Shown piece after piece: positions 61,661 to 64,000 of a stretch of 64,000 bases of DNA. How positions within the stretch are numbered: the stretch's first letter is position 1; every line of letters starts with the position of its first letter. The notes under the pieces are model-generated. The model was not told where the DNA came from. It saw nothing but the letters and a program-made list of their open reading frames with translations, and searched no databases. Source of the DNA: Schmidtea polychroa (lineage: Eukaryota). Position numbers and translations under genes: made by a program. The stretch spans positions 57,970,001 through 58,034,000 of the forward strand of contig CM097885.1 of NCBI GenBank assembly GCA_044892525.1, read 5' to 3'.

Positions 61661-62714
61661 TAGGGGCCTGCCGAAGTGACTTTTTTGCCGAAGTCCGAAG
61701 TTCAAATTTTTAAATTACTATTTGGCCGAAGCCGAAGTCGAATCAAATGTCTGGTGCGCGAAAATAATTTAGGGACCTGTACCTACTGCAATGACCTACG
61801 GCGATACCAAGAAAGGAATCAACGCTAACCAAAATTATAACTAAATTATAGCTATCCAAAGCAGATGTGGCTGATGAAGATGATGTGGAAGGTGTTGGGC
61901 CTGCTGGCACTTCATCACGCGAGTTGTCCGTCGACGTTACAGCATTCATTGCATCCAGAAGCCATTGTTTTGCAGTGGCAGCAGTTTCCGCGTTAAAGAG
62001 ACGAAGCTTGTACACTGGATCCAAAGCAGTAGATAACACGCACAACTTATTATTTTTAACGTTAGCATACCTGCGGCTGAGATCCGCAAGCATTTCAGCA
62101 CGCATTGTTTGAATGCAGAGGTCGTCACCCTCCTTTGCTGGTCTCTTCAAAACTGCCTGAAGTACACGCACACTTGGAATAATCATTCCGCTTGTTGCAG
62201 GTGACAAACTAGCATTCCGCGTTTCCTCTTCAAATGGACGCAATGTCGACACGACCCTTTCAATTAAGTTCCACTGATTGTTTGTCAGATTGGTGACTTC
62301 GTTGTCTTGGATGTAGAGAGCTATTGCTTTTCTCTGTTCGATCAAACGTATAGTCGGAGATTAACGTATAAGGCTGCTATAGTGTAGAGAATAGAGATGC
62401 ATGAACATGAACGGCTATTGTGTACACAGCGACACAGCCACGGCTAGGCTAGACTTGTCAGTGTTCGTATGACATAGCCGTAGAAAGGAAAATCGACAGT
62501 AAAGAAAAATGAACAACAACAACTAAGATTTTATTTACTTTCATTGTTTGCGTGTCGCCATTAATTTTAATTTAAATAATCACGGAACAATAATAATTTA
62601 TTATCGCTCAAGCAAAATTTCAATATTTGGATCGTACAGGGTCTATTGCCGAAGTCCGAAGTGTTTGAACTTTGGTCCGAATCGAAGTTCAAATCAAAGT
62701 TCGGCAGGCCACTA
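61661..62714 (-). mobile_element. Young, internally deleted hAT (ZBED1/ZBED4-like), 1054 bp
   Basis: TIR TAGGGGCCTGCCGAA / TAGTGGCCTGCCGAA, exact TSD GTTATTAC, subterminal GCCGAAG repeats, and open ORF 61743-62345 (QWNLIERVVSTLRPFEE, STALDP.YK). Confidence 0.95.
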
Positions 62715-64000
62715 GTTATTACATTAAAAATACGTTCCTTCCTTTAACACTTGCAAAATTGCTTTTAATATTTCAGTAACCGAATATTTGAGCCACGTCT
62801 CCTCAACAGATAGGAGCTAAGAGCTTTATTAATTTAAAGAAAAAGCAGAATTTCAGATTTTTGTTTTTACGTATGGGATATAGGACCCCTCATTTCCCGC
62901 AATTTTCAAATCCCTGGATAAAATTTTTTTATATTCCCGAGATACCGGAATTTTTTTATGAACACAAATTTTAATTCCATTTATATTAAACTGCACTTTT
63001 TTAAATTTTGTATACTAAACTGTATATTTTAATTCTGACTTTACACAGAATCCGTGTAACAATAATGAAATTACGAGTATGTAAGTAATGAAGGGAATCC
63101 TCCCTAATTGTATAGAAAATAGTCTATATATTGTAGCATTATACAAACAGTACACTGAATGGGGCCAATAAATAAATTCTGTTTCGAATAGAGAAAAAAC
63201 AAAAAGTAGCATTAATTAATTTATCTTCAACCGTAGGTAGACCAAAGCTTGTCCACTATTTGCAAAGGGCTACAAATACTATTTTCTAACCAATATTCAC
63301 TTTCTATTTCCTAACAATATAATTTGACAAACTTGTTTCATTGTAACACTCCATCACATAATAATCACATAATTTCTATATAAATTATTTATTGATAAAA
63401 GTAATTACCAGAGACCCAGGGCGATATTTTGTTATTTCATTGGTTCAGACTATTAATTAAGTCGGGTTAGATTAAAAATTTTAATGACCCGTTAGGTCTA
63501 TGGTAATTACTGTAGCAAGGAATTTCTTCTCTCAGTGATATAACGATATGTACATAATAAGTGTAACGGAAGGCTATAGTGACTATATTTTATAAAATAT
63601 CCAAATCACAAGAATTCATATCCACTTGGCCCCATAAAAGGTGCATATTAAGGTTCCATACTGCATTAAAGATGTCCAAAATTATATCTAAAATTGACAT
63701 CCGTAACACTTAGGTTACTCTTGACAACATCATAAATCTGTTGAAAAGATTTATGTCGAATATTATATTGTGTAATCAACAATTAATCGACCATGTACAT
63801 TAGTATATCTTTTCAAAATATTATGATAAAAATTACTTCTAGGAATTTAGATAATATTGATGTATACGTGTCCTTTTAATTACATAAAACAATATTTGCA
63901 TTACAAATTAATAGTCACTTAATATTGAATTAAGACTTGATTTACTAACCTTTTAAAAACAAGACAAAATAATTCCAGTTATATTTTATTGAAATTAATC

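Noticed and set aside
63030-63960. Possible APE-endonuclease relic or decayed exons on minus
   Set aside because: Only 3-4 residue resemblances and frequent stops; cannot be supported.
1-64000. rRNA, tRNA or snRNA genes
   Set aside because: None recognisable by eye; tRNAscan-SE/Infernal were not run.

Overview
AT-rich, intron-containing eukaryotic (invertebrate-like) DNA that is mostly transposon debris. It contains Ty3/Gypsy pol relics, many hAT elements and MITEs (several with exact 8-bp TSDs), Mariner, pogo/Tigger, piggyBac-type MITEs, a Helitron scrap and an R2/NeSL-type non-LTR element. Two host genes are clear: an intronless-CDS BTF3/NAC-beta gene (minus) and a six-exon mitochondrial malate dehydrogenase gene (plus, 339 aa when spliced by eye). 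There are also actin and dynein-light-chain pseudogene fragments and three unidentified spliced genes, one apparently with 28-37 nt introns. The host cannot be named from sequence alone; tiny introns, AT richness and TE load would fit a myxozoan, a flatworm or similar (inference). The most unusual signal is a set of GC-rich orphan ORFs on the minus strand next to LTR-like sequence. Two are diverged paralogous coiled-coil/basic proteins sharing LExTWFSPxxMK (31.4-32.2 kb and 42.9-43.3 kb), and one is a small AT-hook protein. Each has a predicted 32-42 nt intron at its 5' end, and the second cluster lies between an LTR-like block and a polypurine tract, antisense to both. This suggests an intron-bearing antisense accessory-gene cassette of an LTR retroelement. 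All alignments were done by eye; no database searches were run.
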